A stretch of DNA of 64,000 nucleotides from Schizochytrium sp. TIO01 (taxonomy: Eukaryota; Protista; Bigyra: Labyrinthulomycetes): assembly GCA_004764695.1 (NCBI GenBank), contig SMSO01000008.1, forward strand, positions 186,001-250,000. Direction: 5' to 3'. This document shows positions 11,041 through 21,647 of this stretch, one piece after another; positions within the stretch are counted from its first letter, which is position 1; the number at the start of each line of letters is the position of its first letter. The position numbers and the translations under genes were made by a program. The notes below the pieces were generated by a model. That model had not been told where the DNA came from, made no database searches, and saw only the letters and a list, made by a program, of their open reading frames with translations.

Positions 11041-13290
11041 GGTGCTGAGAAATTTGAATGATGAGGTGAACTCCAATCTTTCCTAACCCAAGTATCTATT
11101 CAGCAAAGTACCCGTACGCGGATTTTCTTTTGGGGCTCACAATTTGTTGCATGTACGCTTTTCACCACCCCGAAGTCTGAAGCTTTGATGTCAGAGAGTT
11201 ATTTGGGGGGAATACGAGAATCCAAGCGTAACTCATACATGTACCTTCCTTTAAATTTCAAATTGAGAATCGAGGCTACAGATTGCTCGATAACAACTTT
11301 GATACCTAACCCTTTGAAAAGCAGGGTAAATCTTGAAATTAGGGGTGCTTGACCTAGCTTGCTTCCTTCACACCGGGTTCTCCAACTTCAGTTCTCCTTC
11401 TAAAATATACTAATTTGATGCAAGTACACAGGTACAGGGGATTATAAGCTCCAAGCTATCTTTCCCCCCCTTCAGGTTGCTTCCTTTCGTTTTGGTGTTT
11501 AGATTTGTTGTCTGACTTATCTTTTGAGCAGATAAAAACGACACTACAGTCTCCTGGCTTCTTGCTGCTTTCCTTTACGCAGGTTCTTCTCTCACAGATA
11601 AAGAAGTGCTGCAAAACAGGGTTAGTAACGAAAAACCGACGAACCTAAAGGTGTCTGCAGTAGCTGCAGCAGCAACAGCAGCAGGAAGGGAAGGGAAAGA
11701 AGATATAGCAGACCTCAGGAAACAAGGAAGAAGATCAATAACCAGGTACCTTCTCTATAACAAGAATAATAAAGAAGGAGCAAGGTGCCAAACCCTGATA
11801 ACAATGCCACAGCAGTAGCGACGATCAACTAAGAGAGTAGCACGGCCAGTTCCAAACGAGTAAGTAGAAGCGGGACCTACAAGATGTACACTAAGCACCG
11901 CCCACCCTACTAGCAAAGAGACCAGCGAAGAAACCAGCAGACCCGTTTGGCTGCTGCTTCAAGAACAGGCTCTGTCGTCGTGTGCCTTCTTCGTATCGTT
12001 CTTTCATTGTTTTCTTTGTAATTCCTAATATTCACTAGGCGGCGCCCTAATCCCTTAATGCTACTAGTACTAGCGGTAGACACTAATACATCTCTACCTA
12101 TATCTATATTTTAAGAAAATTAAGCAACGGAGTGTTCATGTTTGCCTCTAGGTACCTCCTACGTAGGTAGGTAAAGAGGGACCTGTGTTACTACTTAGCG
12201 AGAGAGATAGCGAGAGCGCAAGTCACTCTCCATAGGTTCATGTACTGGCACTAGTCATATGCTACTTCTATTAAGTAAAATACTCAAGCCAAAACAATCA
12301 CTGATGCATACTTAGGTACCATCCTGCTACTACCTAGTTCGTACCTCCCATAGGAGTTCTGCTTAATCTTCTACTTTCCCAGGTTACTCATGGCTTTCTC
12401 TTAATAAATAATTTTTTAAATCAATTTTTTAAAATAATTAATAAATAAATATAAATTCTAAATATTAAAAATAAAAAAAAATGTAATTAACATTTTAGAT
12501 AGCATTTCTACGTACCTAATCTAGTCATACCTACTATTCTTCTATCAAGGACCTCGGGTTTGTTTTGGTCTGCTATTTTTTCTTTTGCTTAGCTAGCTGT
12601 CAAAAAGGGTGTTTATTGTTCACCAAACTTGCTCTTGTGTGCTCCCAGTGAATAGTCACAGTGAACAACATTCCTATTATGATTACATAATGATATATTA
12701 CCTGGGTACCTGGTCTCTACTCTAGGAATTGAGTAATTGTTTTGGCTTGAATTTTTACACAAGCTAAAAGTTTATAATTCATTACCTCTAACAACCTTAA
12801 TAATCATTGACTTGGGCAATAAATCCAACGAGAATAATCACGTTTTGTTTGTTCTTGAAATACCACCACGAGATATTTTGTCTTACATCATGTTCACTTT
12901 GAAATTGTAGACCATGTATATTGCCTCTGACTTCAAAAAATACTCCAGTCTGGTGTTTTTAGGACTCGTGTAGGTAAGAACATTTTTTCGAGCATTTCAA
13001 AAGAGAATTAATGCTTTTGTACAACTCAATCGCTAGGATACATGAACAGACCCAGGTGTGGAGATGGAGATAAAAAGGTTTGAACCTTACCTCCAAACAA
13101 TGCAGTTGCCATGGTTGGAATACAACATTTTCGATCCAATCCAACTGAAGCTTGGACTCCAATAAATTGAAAGTAAAACGCTTTTTTAAAGTATAAATGT
13201 CCTAGCTAACGTTTATGCTAAATGCAGAAAGCCAATCTAATCTTCAAAACCCAACACTTCTGACCATATACATCTCGTTTAAAAAGACAA

Positions 13291-13857
13291 TTAGCGATCG
13301 ATTCCATGTGCCATAACCTGAACAAACTCTTCTAGATTGAGTTTACCATCATGGTCAGCGTCAACCTCGTCGATCATTTCTTGCAATTCGTAATCCTTAA
13401 GAGGTTCTCCCATATTCTCCAAGACCTTTCCTAATTCTTTTGCGGTAATGTAACCATCACCATCGAGATCGAATATTTTGAAAGCATCAGCCCAGTTCTC
13501 TCCAGCCCCTTCAGTCAAAGTAGTTTCACCTCCTCCAGTCATTTCGGCCATGAGCTGAAGGAACTCGTCAAAGCTAATTTCTCCCGAGCCGTCCACATCA
13601 ACTTCCTCAAACATACGTCGAACTTCTTCATCAGTGGGTTCTAGCCCAAGACAACGCATAACATGCCCAAGCTCAGTGATTCCAACGCCACCATCACCAT
13701 TTTTATCAAAAATATTATAAGCGTCTCTAAAGTGTTCAATTTGTTCTGGACTCAGGCGCTCTACTTTGGCCTTTGCCGCTGCAGCAGCGGCTGCTGCATT
13801 TGCAACTCTCTCCGCTTGAGCGGAAGCCATAGCTTGTTGCGCACGATCCCCCCCCAT
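13291..13857 (-). CDS. Calmodulin-like four-EF-hand protein with Ala-rich N-terminal extension
   Basis: Four canonical loops DKNGDGGVGITE, DVDGSGEISFDE, DLDGDGYITAKE and DADHDGKLNLEE, with a CaM-like LSPEQIEHFRDAYNIFD. Too divergent to call canonical calmodulin. Confidence 0.92.
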   Translation of the reverse strand: MGGDRAQQAMASAQAERVANAAAAAAAAKAKVERLSPEQIEHFRDAYNIFDKNGDGGVGITELGHVMRCLGLEPTDEEVRRMFEEVDVDGSGEISFDEFLQLMAEMTGGGETTLTEGAGENWADAFKIFDLDGDGYITAKELGKVLENMGEPLKDYELQEMIDEVDADHDGKLNLEEFVQVMAHGIDR

Positions 13858-14564
13858 TAGAGGTTAGCCCTCGAATGAAGCCGCAGGTTGATACCGGTGA
13901 CACGCTTTTTGATGGTCCAGACTGTGCTAGTTGGCAGAGTATTGCTCATGATTGAATGTAATGTGCTCAAGTGCTATGCCATCCGGCTTATGTGAGATGT
14001 TCTCACTCCTAACACACCCCTTTAACGTCCTAGTACAAATAGCCACACGAAAAAGGCCTTTTTAGAAAGGCTAGCTTTCTTCACCCTTGCAACAATTAGA
14101 GCGCTCCCATGAAGAAAAAATTGAAAGTAAAGATAAAGACAAGCAAAGCATAAGAATTATGAGAACCAGAGGAACAAGGGTACCACTTAGGGAACGGCGA
14201 GAGACTAAAAGAAAAAGGTCCGTTATAACGAACAGGTCACATATGACCACACGAAAAATATTTCATATTATCAGCCAAAGCTTTTCACTTCAATGGTACT
14301 TTTTGTAAGCAAGAAGCAGTCCGGTATGACAGATTCCATTAAAAACCACGTGCAGAAAATGGTATGAGAAATTATAAACCGCGAACCCATGATGATAGTC
14401 AACTTCGTGTTGTTTATCAGTCTATCTAAGTAACCTGAAAAAGCTTTTCATACATGTACGACCTTCACCACGTGATTCAATGAAGATCAACGAATAGAGT
14501 AGAGTGTATTTACGGAATTGCTCGCAAATACGTGAGTACTTTAGTTGTTCTTCTAATAAAATGT

Positions 14565-16507
14565 TTATTTCGGACTCTTCAGTGCATCCCGCTCTAATTT
14601 CTTTCGCATAAGCGCTTCTCTCTGAAGTTTACGTTTAGCTTCTTTGGCTTGCTTAAGCTGCGCTGTCTTTTGCTCATACTCGTACTTGAGTTTTCGCAAA
14701 AGAGCTGTTTGTTCCTCCATCTCTGTAGATGCAGATGCATCACCAAGCCGAGCTTTCGCCTCCAATTCCCGTTGTTTAGCCTCAGCAGACTTAGTTTCAG
14801 CTTCAATGGCGGTGCGCTGCTCTCGCAAGATATCGTTTGTAATTTGTAGAGCTGGTCCTTGCCCAGAAGAAGCAATCTCTACAGTTAGTGCTTTGTAAAA
14901 CCCGAGAAACTCATCCCATTCAAGAGCATCACTCTTATTTACATCTTTCTCTTTGAACAAATCTTCATACTGGTCTGGTGGAATTTGAAGCTCTGACAGG
15001 ATAAGATTTAGCTCTGCCCTGTCAATACTACTTGAGTGATTCTTATCGTAGTACTGGAAAATCTCTCTCGTCTCTGTTTCTAGTTCCTCCTGTGATTTTG
15101 TAAGGGTGGCACGACCCTCTTCAACTAGTGATTTGTGGGTAAGAAGCACATTTCGACACACTCGACAGCTGACTAAATAGGAATTACGTTGCACGCTTGA
15201 TATAGTCTGACACATGTTGCACTGTACAGCAATTGAAGACCCGGCCACCTTTCGGCATGTTCCATCCTGAAGCTGTTCAATCATCTCGCCTGTAGCAGAA
15301 GTCTGGATTTTCCTTCCATCAGGAAGAACTTCGATGCGACTCCCCTGTCTCATTCAAAACAAGAGTGAGGGTGTATAATTTCATATAAATATTGTTGGTT
15401 TTGTCACATGTTTTTTGTCGTTAGCTAAAACCTCAAAACAAGCAACAGCTCTTCTATAGGAAGATGAACTTACGTCAGCACGTGTCTGAACCTTACGACC
15501 TGTTGAACCCCACGTTTCAATAGTTGTGCCATTTGGATTCCGCTGAATGCGATACTGATCTGGCCCTGGATATTTCACAATGCGAACACCGGCTGCATCG
15601 GTGTCGATCTTTGTGCCGTCTGGGAAAACACAGATTTTGGATCCATCAGCTTCATTAACCTGAGTTGTTGTCCCATCTATATCCTTGATGATCCGGATTT
15701 TATTCTAAACAATTGAAACACAAATGGGGTCAGTGATGATGAAAGACAGCAAGACATTTCGTTAGTAATTTGTGTATTTGCGTGATACCTAAGAGCTGTA
15801 AACAAACCCTGGTGCACTCCATCAATAATAGTAATAACCAAAACACCTTGATCTCCTGTTTTACGAACAAGAAAGGGCCAGGGTACTAAAAGCATGGTTT
15901 CACAGAGCTGGTGAGCCTCAGCGTCTAATTTTATACTTACGGAAGGGTTATACTGCTCCACAATTCCATCTCGTGTAACAGAAATTGTAGTACCATCTGG
16001 ATTAACTTGATATTTTGACCCGTCAGGTCTCTTCGTGATTAGTTTGCCATCTTCAGTACGGGTTATCCGAGTATTATCTGGCATAGTTTCTTGCTCACGT
16101 CCGTTGGGGTGAACTTGCTTCTTTCGCCCGTCCGGCCAGCAATGAATGACAACACCGTCTGTATCCTCTTGCCGGTGGTATCCGTCATCCCGATAGTAAA
16201 TTACCGTCCCATCCTCTAATACATTTTTGGTTTCTGGCATATCAGCGTTTTTGTCATCAAACACACCCGAGGCTTGTTCTGCCGCCTCTCCAATCATTCT
16301 TGTCAAAATACCGTCAACATCACGAAGCCACGAACGTAGTCGAATAACCTCGGCGTGATGGTCAGTCACATCTTTGCCATTTTCATCTTTGCTCTTTTCA
16401 TGTCTTAGTTCTGACAAAAGTTTGACCCGCATTGCATCCATTGGAGAGGGCGAGGCACAGCGCACGCCCTCTGTGCCACCCTGGCCAAGGGATGCGCCTG
16501 CACCCAT
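14565..16507 (-). CDS. Beta-hairpin repeat (TCP10_C/G-box-like) + Zn ribbon + EF-hand pair + coiled-coil protein; exons 16507-15941, 15704-15474, 15344-14565 (about 525 aa)
   Basis: Repeated (P)DG/NG hairpin units across three ORF pieces, joined by phase-0 GTAAGT..AG introns (15940-15705 and 15473-15345). CNMC..CRVC; EF loops DKNHSSSIDRAE and DVNKSDALEWDE; N-terminal MGAGAS. Confidence 0.8.
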
Positions 16508-17787
16508 CCTCCTTCAGGATCAAAGCAGCTCACGCGTGCTGTGAACTGAGGGTCTCGATTCATTCAATTCACTATTGCTAGACGTTGGTCATTCAGCATA
16601 AAAACTCTGCTGCGCTGCTATTGTACGATTCAACTGTTAACAATCTTTAGCAATCTCCTTTTGTATGCAAAACGAAACGAGTAAATCGGTTGTTCTAAAA
16701 ATACAGAACTAAGCTGGATGCTCTTCCAAGTTCTGTGTAATGTGCGAAGAACCCCGATATTATTAAACCATCAAATGGAAACTACCGAATTGAAGAATGC
16801 GCTTCTGTCAATCGTCTTCTTTCACAAGCTAAAGTAAGTTTTGAGGGAGCAAAGGAATAATTAATTCATCAACTCTGAAGCAATATTAAGGAACTTTTCA
16901 TAACGGATACAAAAGCTATATGCTAGTGTACCACCGTAGCAAACAGCATTTTAATGATGAAATATTAGAAACACACAATACACATAATTTATTTTGAATT
17001 GAAAGTATCAGAACGCCCCTTCCTTCTTCAGCTTTCATATGATACTAAAACAAGAGAGAGGGAAAACCGCTTGCCGTGTCTGCTATTTATACAACCTAGT
17101 ATTAAGACTACGCTTAAGAGCTCAAATAGGTTTCTTTCATCGCCACGCCGCTCACAAAGAGATGAAACTTGATTCATCCGAGAAGGTACATGCTGCCTCT
17201 TGACACTAGAATCAGGAATATAAAGTGTCTTATAACAACCGATATGGCCGGCTGTGTGCTGCTACTACACTTGTTCTGTTGAGAATAAAGTTCTGCCTGC
17301 ATTCGTTATAAGCAAGTAGATAATATGACAATATATAAGCTCCTATAGGGTTAACTATAGAAGAGCACTACACTGGGTGTCATCGTAACGGACATGCATG
17401 TAGCTTTCTGAGAATAATAGGAGGAAACTAAGCATAGATGGCTATATAGATTAGCACGTTATGTCACGTGCTGACTAATAAAAATAGTAACGCTATAGAA
17501 GCTATGGGTAGAATTTGCTTCATGGCTCTCTATTTGGGACTTTGAGGAAAGAAAATCAAGCTTTAAAAAGCGTACTCTCAAATGAGAAAACTCTGGTTCT
17601 GGTTTCTAGCAAATCTATTGTTGCAAGATGAAGCCTATGTAGAGAACGTGCAGAAGAGACCACTAATGAGTTTGGGCTTGAGTAAATAGGTAAAAGTGTC
17701 ATTTAAAATTGAAGAGAGTCATACACCAACATAAGCGTCTCTCAAAAACAGAACTCAATGTCGTGAAAGCATTATTTCTTGGAAAGA

Positions 17788-20700
17788 ATGCTTCTTGGAG
17801 AAGAAGATTTTGATGATGTGCGCAGGCGCGTGCGTGGTACAGATCCAGGCTCTATTCGATCATTGGAGGATGACACCGAAGATCCTGGGTCTAATCACTC
17901 GTGGGAGCAGCCATCGAAAAAAGCGGCAAAGGAGTACGGCCGGGCAACGGTCTTCATGCACGGCCATGCTCCACTATGGGGAACAACACCTGTAGACCTC
18001 GCTCCTTTGGGTGAAGGAGTTATGCTTTACTTCTTACTGCTCAAGTGGTTCGCCTGGTTTTTCGTGGCTCAGTCTATTATCGCCCTTCCTTCGATCATCT
18101 ATTTTATTCAGGGTGAAGCGATATCTGATTCAAGACTTGATCTTTTAGGCATTGCAACAACCACGCTAGGAAATTTTCATCTGGACAACATTACAGAGTG
18201 GCTTCTGCGTTACCGCTCGTCGTCGGACGAAGGTATTTCAGATGAAGTTTGGGAACAGCTCAATATAATTCCAGAACGACCTTATTTTCGATCGTACGTC
18301 ATAAGTGGGCTTGATTTGGTGAACACCTTTTTCTTTGTCGCGTTCATTGCATGGTTGAAGTACCAGCTTCGGAACATGTCGAAAGAAGCAGATAAACGAT
18401 TTGTTACGGTTGCTGACTACGCTATCTATGTTGAAGGCCTCCCGCCAGATACCACAGAAAGTGAAGTTCGTGAGCACTTTGACCGTCTATATCAGCTGAA
18501 ATCACCAGATTGGACCTGGCCTGGGTACTTCAAAGGTTGGATTGGTAAAAAAGAAGCTCGCCCACCTCCTGCAACCCAGCAAGTTTCAACAACACTAGCA
18601 AACTCAATATTTTCTGCAACTCATGAAGATCTGCAACCAGTCCGAGATGTAAGCAACATCAATGACCCATCATATATGGGTTCATGGGTTTGCGAGGTAA
18701 CTTTAGCACATCAGCAAGGAGCAATCATCAAGTCTTGTTTAGAGCAAGTCCATATCGAAAATAAGTTAAGCGAGATACGGACAGCAATATTGAAATATCG
18801 TGACCCTAAGCACGCCGATACAGTGCGCGAGAAAGCGGCGGTGAAGGAGCTATGTCGTCTTGAGGCAAAGGCTGCCACAATTAGTGCATATATCGAAAAG
18901 GTTCGTTTATCGAAGCAAAGCCAGAAATGCTATGGTGCTTTTGTAATTTTCCAACATCACGAGTCACAGCAACGGTGTCTGCAAGACTACCAAACCTATA
19001 ATAAATGGTGGCACCGACAACCAAAGCCACTTCGTTTCAGAAATGGAACATATTCACTGTCAGTTACCGCAGCTACAGAGCCTACAAATATCAAATGGGA
19101 GAACCATGGTGCAAACCAATTTGTTCTTGCATTGAGGCTTTTACTAGTGTTATTTTTTTCGGTTCTGATACTTATGGGAGCTTTTACACTTGTTTATTGG
19201 TGCCAAACACAGTTTCGCAATCTTCAAGAGTTACTTCCAGACTCAGAGATGTGCATTATTGACCTTCCTGCAACAATCATAGGTTCCTATCACTTTGCAA
19301 AACTGAGTCCTACGGTCTTGAGAAAAGCAGATCTTGACTACAAATGCAATGCATCACAAATTTGGTTGAGCTACGAGGGCATGGAGACTACTGATCTATA
19401 CGATGACCCGTGTCTCTCTCCCTGCGTTGACCATCCTAACACAGGCAAGGAAACGACGTGCTATACTTTGAGCGTGCAAGAAGGTTGTCCATCAGCAGAA
19501 GACCCCTTAGAGGATGCTAATATTGATCCCGTGTGCGCCCTCGTGCATGAGGGAAATTCATCTGAAACCTCTGTAGAAATCTCAAGTGAGCTACTCAATG
19601 ATCCAGATTCCCTTGAGCGGTTAATTCGAGCAATTGATTCTGTGCACTGCTGCAAAGAGTTCGTTAAAGAGGCCACAATACGAACATGCTATTGTGCGCA
19701 GCGACTTAGAACAAATATCCAGGAGCATGGAATTTTCAAAGCCTTGGTGTATCTAGATTCAGAAGATAATGGGTTCTGTAGGACAGAAGCTAAAAATATG
19801 TGGGAGTCACAAATGATAAGTTCCGCTCCTGCAGTTATTGTGGTTACTGTAAACATTATCATTCGTATGGTTATGGCTAGAATTTCAAAGTTAGAGCGCC
19901 ATACTACTGTTACACAGCACGAGCGTAGTTTGATGCTTAAAATTCTTGCCACGCAATTCATTACCACAGCACTTGTGGTGCTTGTCTTGAATGCGGCAAG
20001 CTTTAGTGATGATGAAGGATCAGTTAGCAAACTACGCAGTGAGGTCTTTGAAGCAGGGGATTTCCAGGATTTCACGCGCCTTTGGTACTGCGTTGTAGGC
20101 CAGGCTATTATATTGACCATGGCTTTAAATGTGGTTTCGGTCCAGATTTTCCCAATTTTTCTTGGTTACATTGTGTCCCCTTTAGTAAAGCTGTATTATA
20201 GTTTGTTTGCCATAACCCAAATGCAGCTGAACAAGGCCTTTTCAGGATTAGATTTCCGTATTACAATTCGCTACGCAATGTTAGTGAATACAATTTGGGT
20301 AACAATGCTTTACTCTGCGAGTATGCCTCTAGTGCTCGTATTTGCAGTGCTCTTTTTTACCTGCACCTATTGGTTTGATAAATATGCCATTCTTCGATAC
20401 TATCACCGTCCTCCAGCATATGATATGTCATTTCCAGAACTTGCTGTGAGCTTGCTTCCTGTCGCACTTTTGGGTCATACAGGATTTTCTTTTTATGCAT
20501 TTGCTAATGAAGACCTTTTTCCTTCTGAAAGAGTAACCTGGGAGCGTTTAGAGACTCTGATCTCAGGTAATAGCACCAACACAGGACTAAATACGGAGAT
20601 TTTTGCATCCGTGGCAGATTGGTTGATGTCAGTAGACCGATTTGAAATTGTGTACAAGTCTTCAATAATTGCTGCATTACCACAGTTCACCATGACATTG

Positions 20701-21165
20701 TGTATATTAGTCTACTACTTCAGCAAGGGGATGTTTAATAGCTTGTACCTGCTTCCAAAACTTCGTATGGCGATACTGTACTGTATCAAGACGTTCCGCA
20801 GTTTAGTTGCTCGCCTTCCTGTTTTCAAACAACAGTCCCAAATCCACCCACGCAGTATTAAAAATCTCACCAAGGAGGATTCTCCTCGAAACCTGCCTCC
20901 TTTCACCGGTTCTTTTATCCGTGATGTCCCTGCTGATTCGCAACTTACGGATCTGCAAAAGAAAAACCATTGGCGTATGGACAAAGATCTGAACGGAAAG
21001 CATACATATGAATATGCTGCATGGCCTTCTTCTGGTGAATATGCTGGAAAGCCTCATTCCAAGGGGGATATCATGAAGACTTGGGAGCTCATATCAACTC
21101 AGTCGGTTCATTCCTATCGTCTCGAACACAATCCTTTTTACCGTCTTCATTTGCATGATTTATGA
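17788..21165 (+). CDS. OSCA/CSC1/TMEM63-family channel-like membrane protein
   Basis: About 10-11 hydrophobic segments. Family-like motifs GVMLYF.LLK, TVADYAIYVEGLP, AFVIF, A.EPTNIKWEN, KLERH.T.T and YWFDKY.ILRYY.RPP.YD. First ATG at 17788. Confidence 0.85.
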   Translation: MLLGEEDFDDVRRRVRGTDPGSIRSLEDDTEDPGSNHSWEQPSKKAAKEYGRATVFMHGHAPLWGTTPVDLAPLGEGVMLYFLLLKWFAWFFVAQSIIALPSIIYFIQGEAISDSRLDLLGIATTTLGNFHLDNITEWLLRYRSSSDEGISDEVWEQLNIIPERPYFRSYVISGLDLVNTFFFVAFIAWLKYQLRNMSKEADKRFVTVADYAIYVEGLPPDTTESEVREHFDRLYQLKSPDWTWPGYFKGWIGKKEARPPPATQQVSTTLANSIFSATHEDLQPVRDVSNINDPSYMGSWVCEVTLAHQQGAIIKSCLEQVHIENKLSEIRTAILKYRDPKHADTVREKAAVKELCRLEAKAATISAYIEKVRLSKQSQKCYGAFVIFQHHESQQRCLQDYQTYNKWWHRQPKPLRFRNGTYSLSVTAATEPTNIKWENHGANQFVLALRLLLVLFFSVLILMGAFTLVYWCQTQFRNLQELLPDSEMCIIDLPATIIGSYHFAKLSPTVLRKADLDYKCNASQIWLSYEGMETTDLYDDPCLSPCVDHPNTGKETTCYTLSVQEGCPSAEDPLEDANIDPVCALVHEGNSSETSVEISSELLNDPDSLERLIRAIDSVHCCKEFVKEATIRTCYCAQRLRTNIQEHGIFKALVYLDSEDNGFCRTEAKNMWESQMISSAPAVIVVTVNIIIRMVMARISKLERHTTVTQHERSLMLKILATQFITTALVVLVLNAASFSDDEGSVSKLRSEVFEAGDFQDFTRLWYCVVGQAIILTMALNVVSVQIFPIFLGYIVSPLVKLYYSLFAITQMQLNKAFSGLDFRITIRYAMLVNTIWVTMLYSASMPLVLVFAVLFFTCTYWFDKYAILRYYHRPPAYDMSFPELAVSLLPVALLGHTGFSFYAFANEDLFPSERVTWERLETLISGNSTNTGLNTEIFASVADWLMSVDRFEIVYKSSIIAALPQFTMTLCILVYYFSKGMFNSLYLLPKLRMAILYCIKTFRSLVARLPVFKQQSQIHPRSIKNLTKEDSPRNLPPFTGSFIRDVPADSQLTDLQKKNHWRMDKDLNGKHTYEYAAWPSSGEYAGKPHSKGDIMKTWELISTQSVHSYRLEHNPFYRLHLHDL

Positions 21166-21647
21166 TGCTAATGCCAGTGTGCTCTCACTCTCACAAGTTC
21201 ACAAGTCAGAAGTACTCCAATCAATTTTTTTACTTGGGTTAAACTCAAGTAGATGCGTGCGTATGTAGTACCTAGTGTGCTCTCGAAAGAAAAAGAAGAT
21301 GGGCCTATAGAGATTGAAGATTGCATAATTTGTTAATTCACGCTTCATAGTACTTTAAAATAGTAAGCAGATTAGAACTGTCAAGTGCGCTGCCTTTAGA
21401 AACTTAATTTTATTCTTGCTGAGGTAGCAGGTGTGCAACTAACTCCTCTCGGCGATCGTCTACGAAGATGAGAAGAGATTCAATTTTAAAACTTTGTTAG
21501 GTAGTATAAATGCTAAAAATTGGATTCTAAAAGTACAGTTTGGTCGATCTATATTAAAGTTGATCAAACCTTTTTTTTCTGGAAACACAATTGAAATTGT
21601 GAATTCTTCTTTTATGTGAAAGCCTGTTGGTAATTATATTTGATCAT

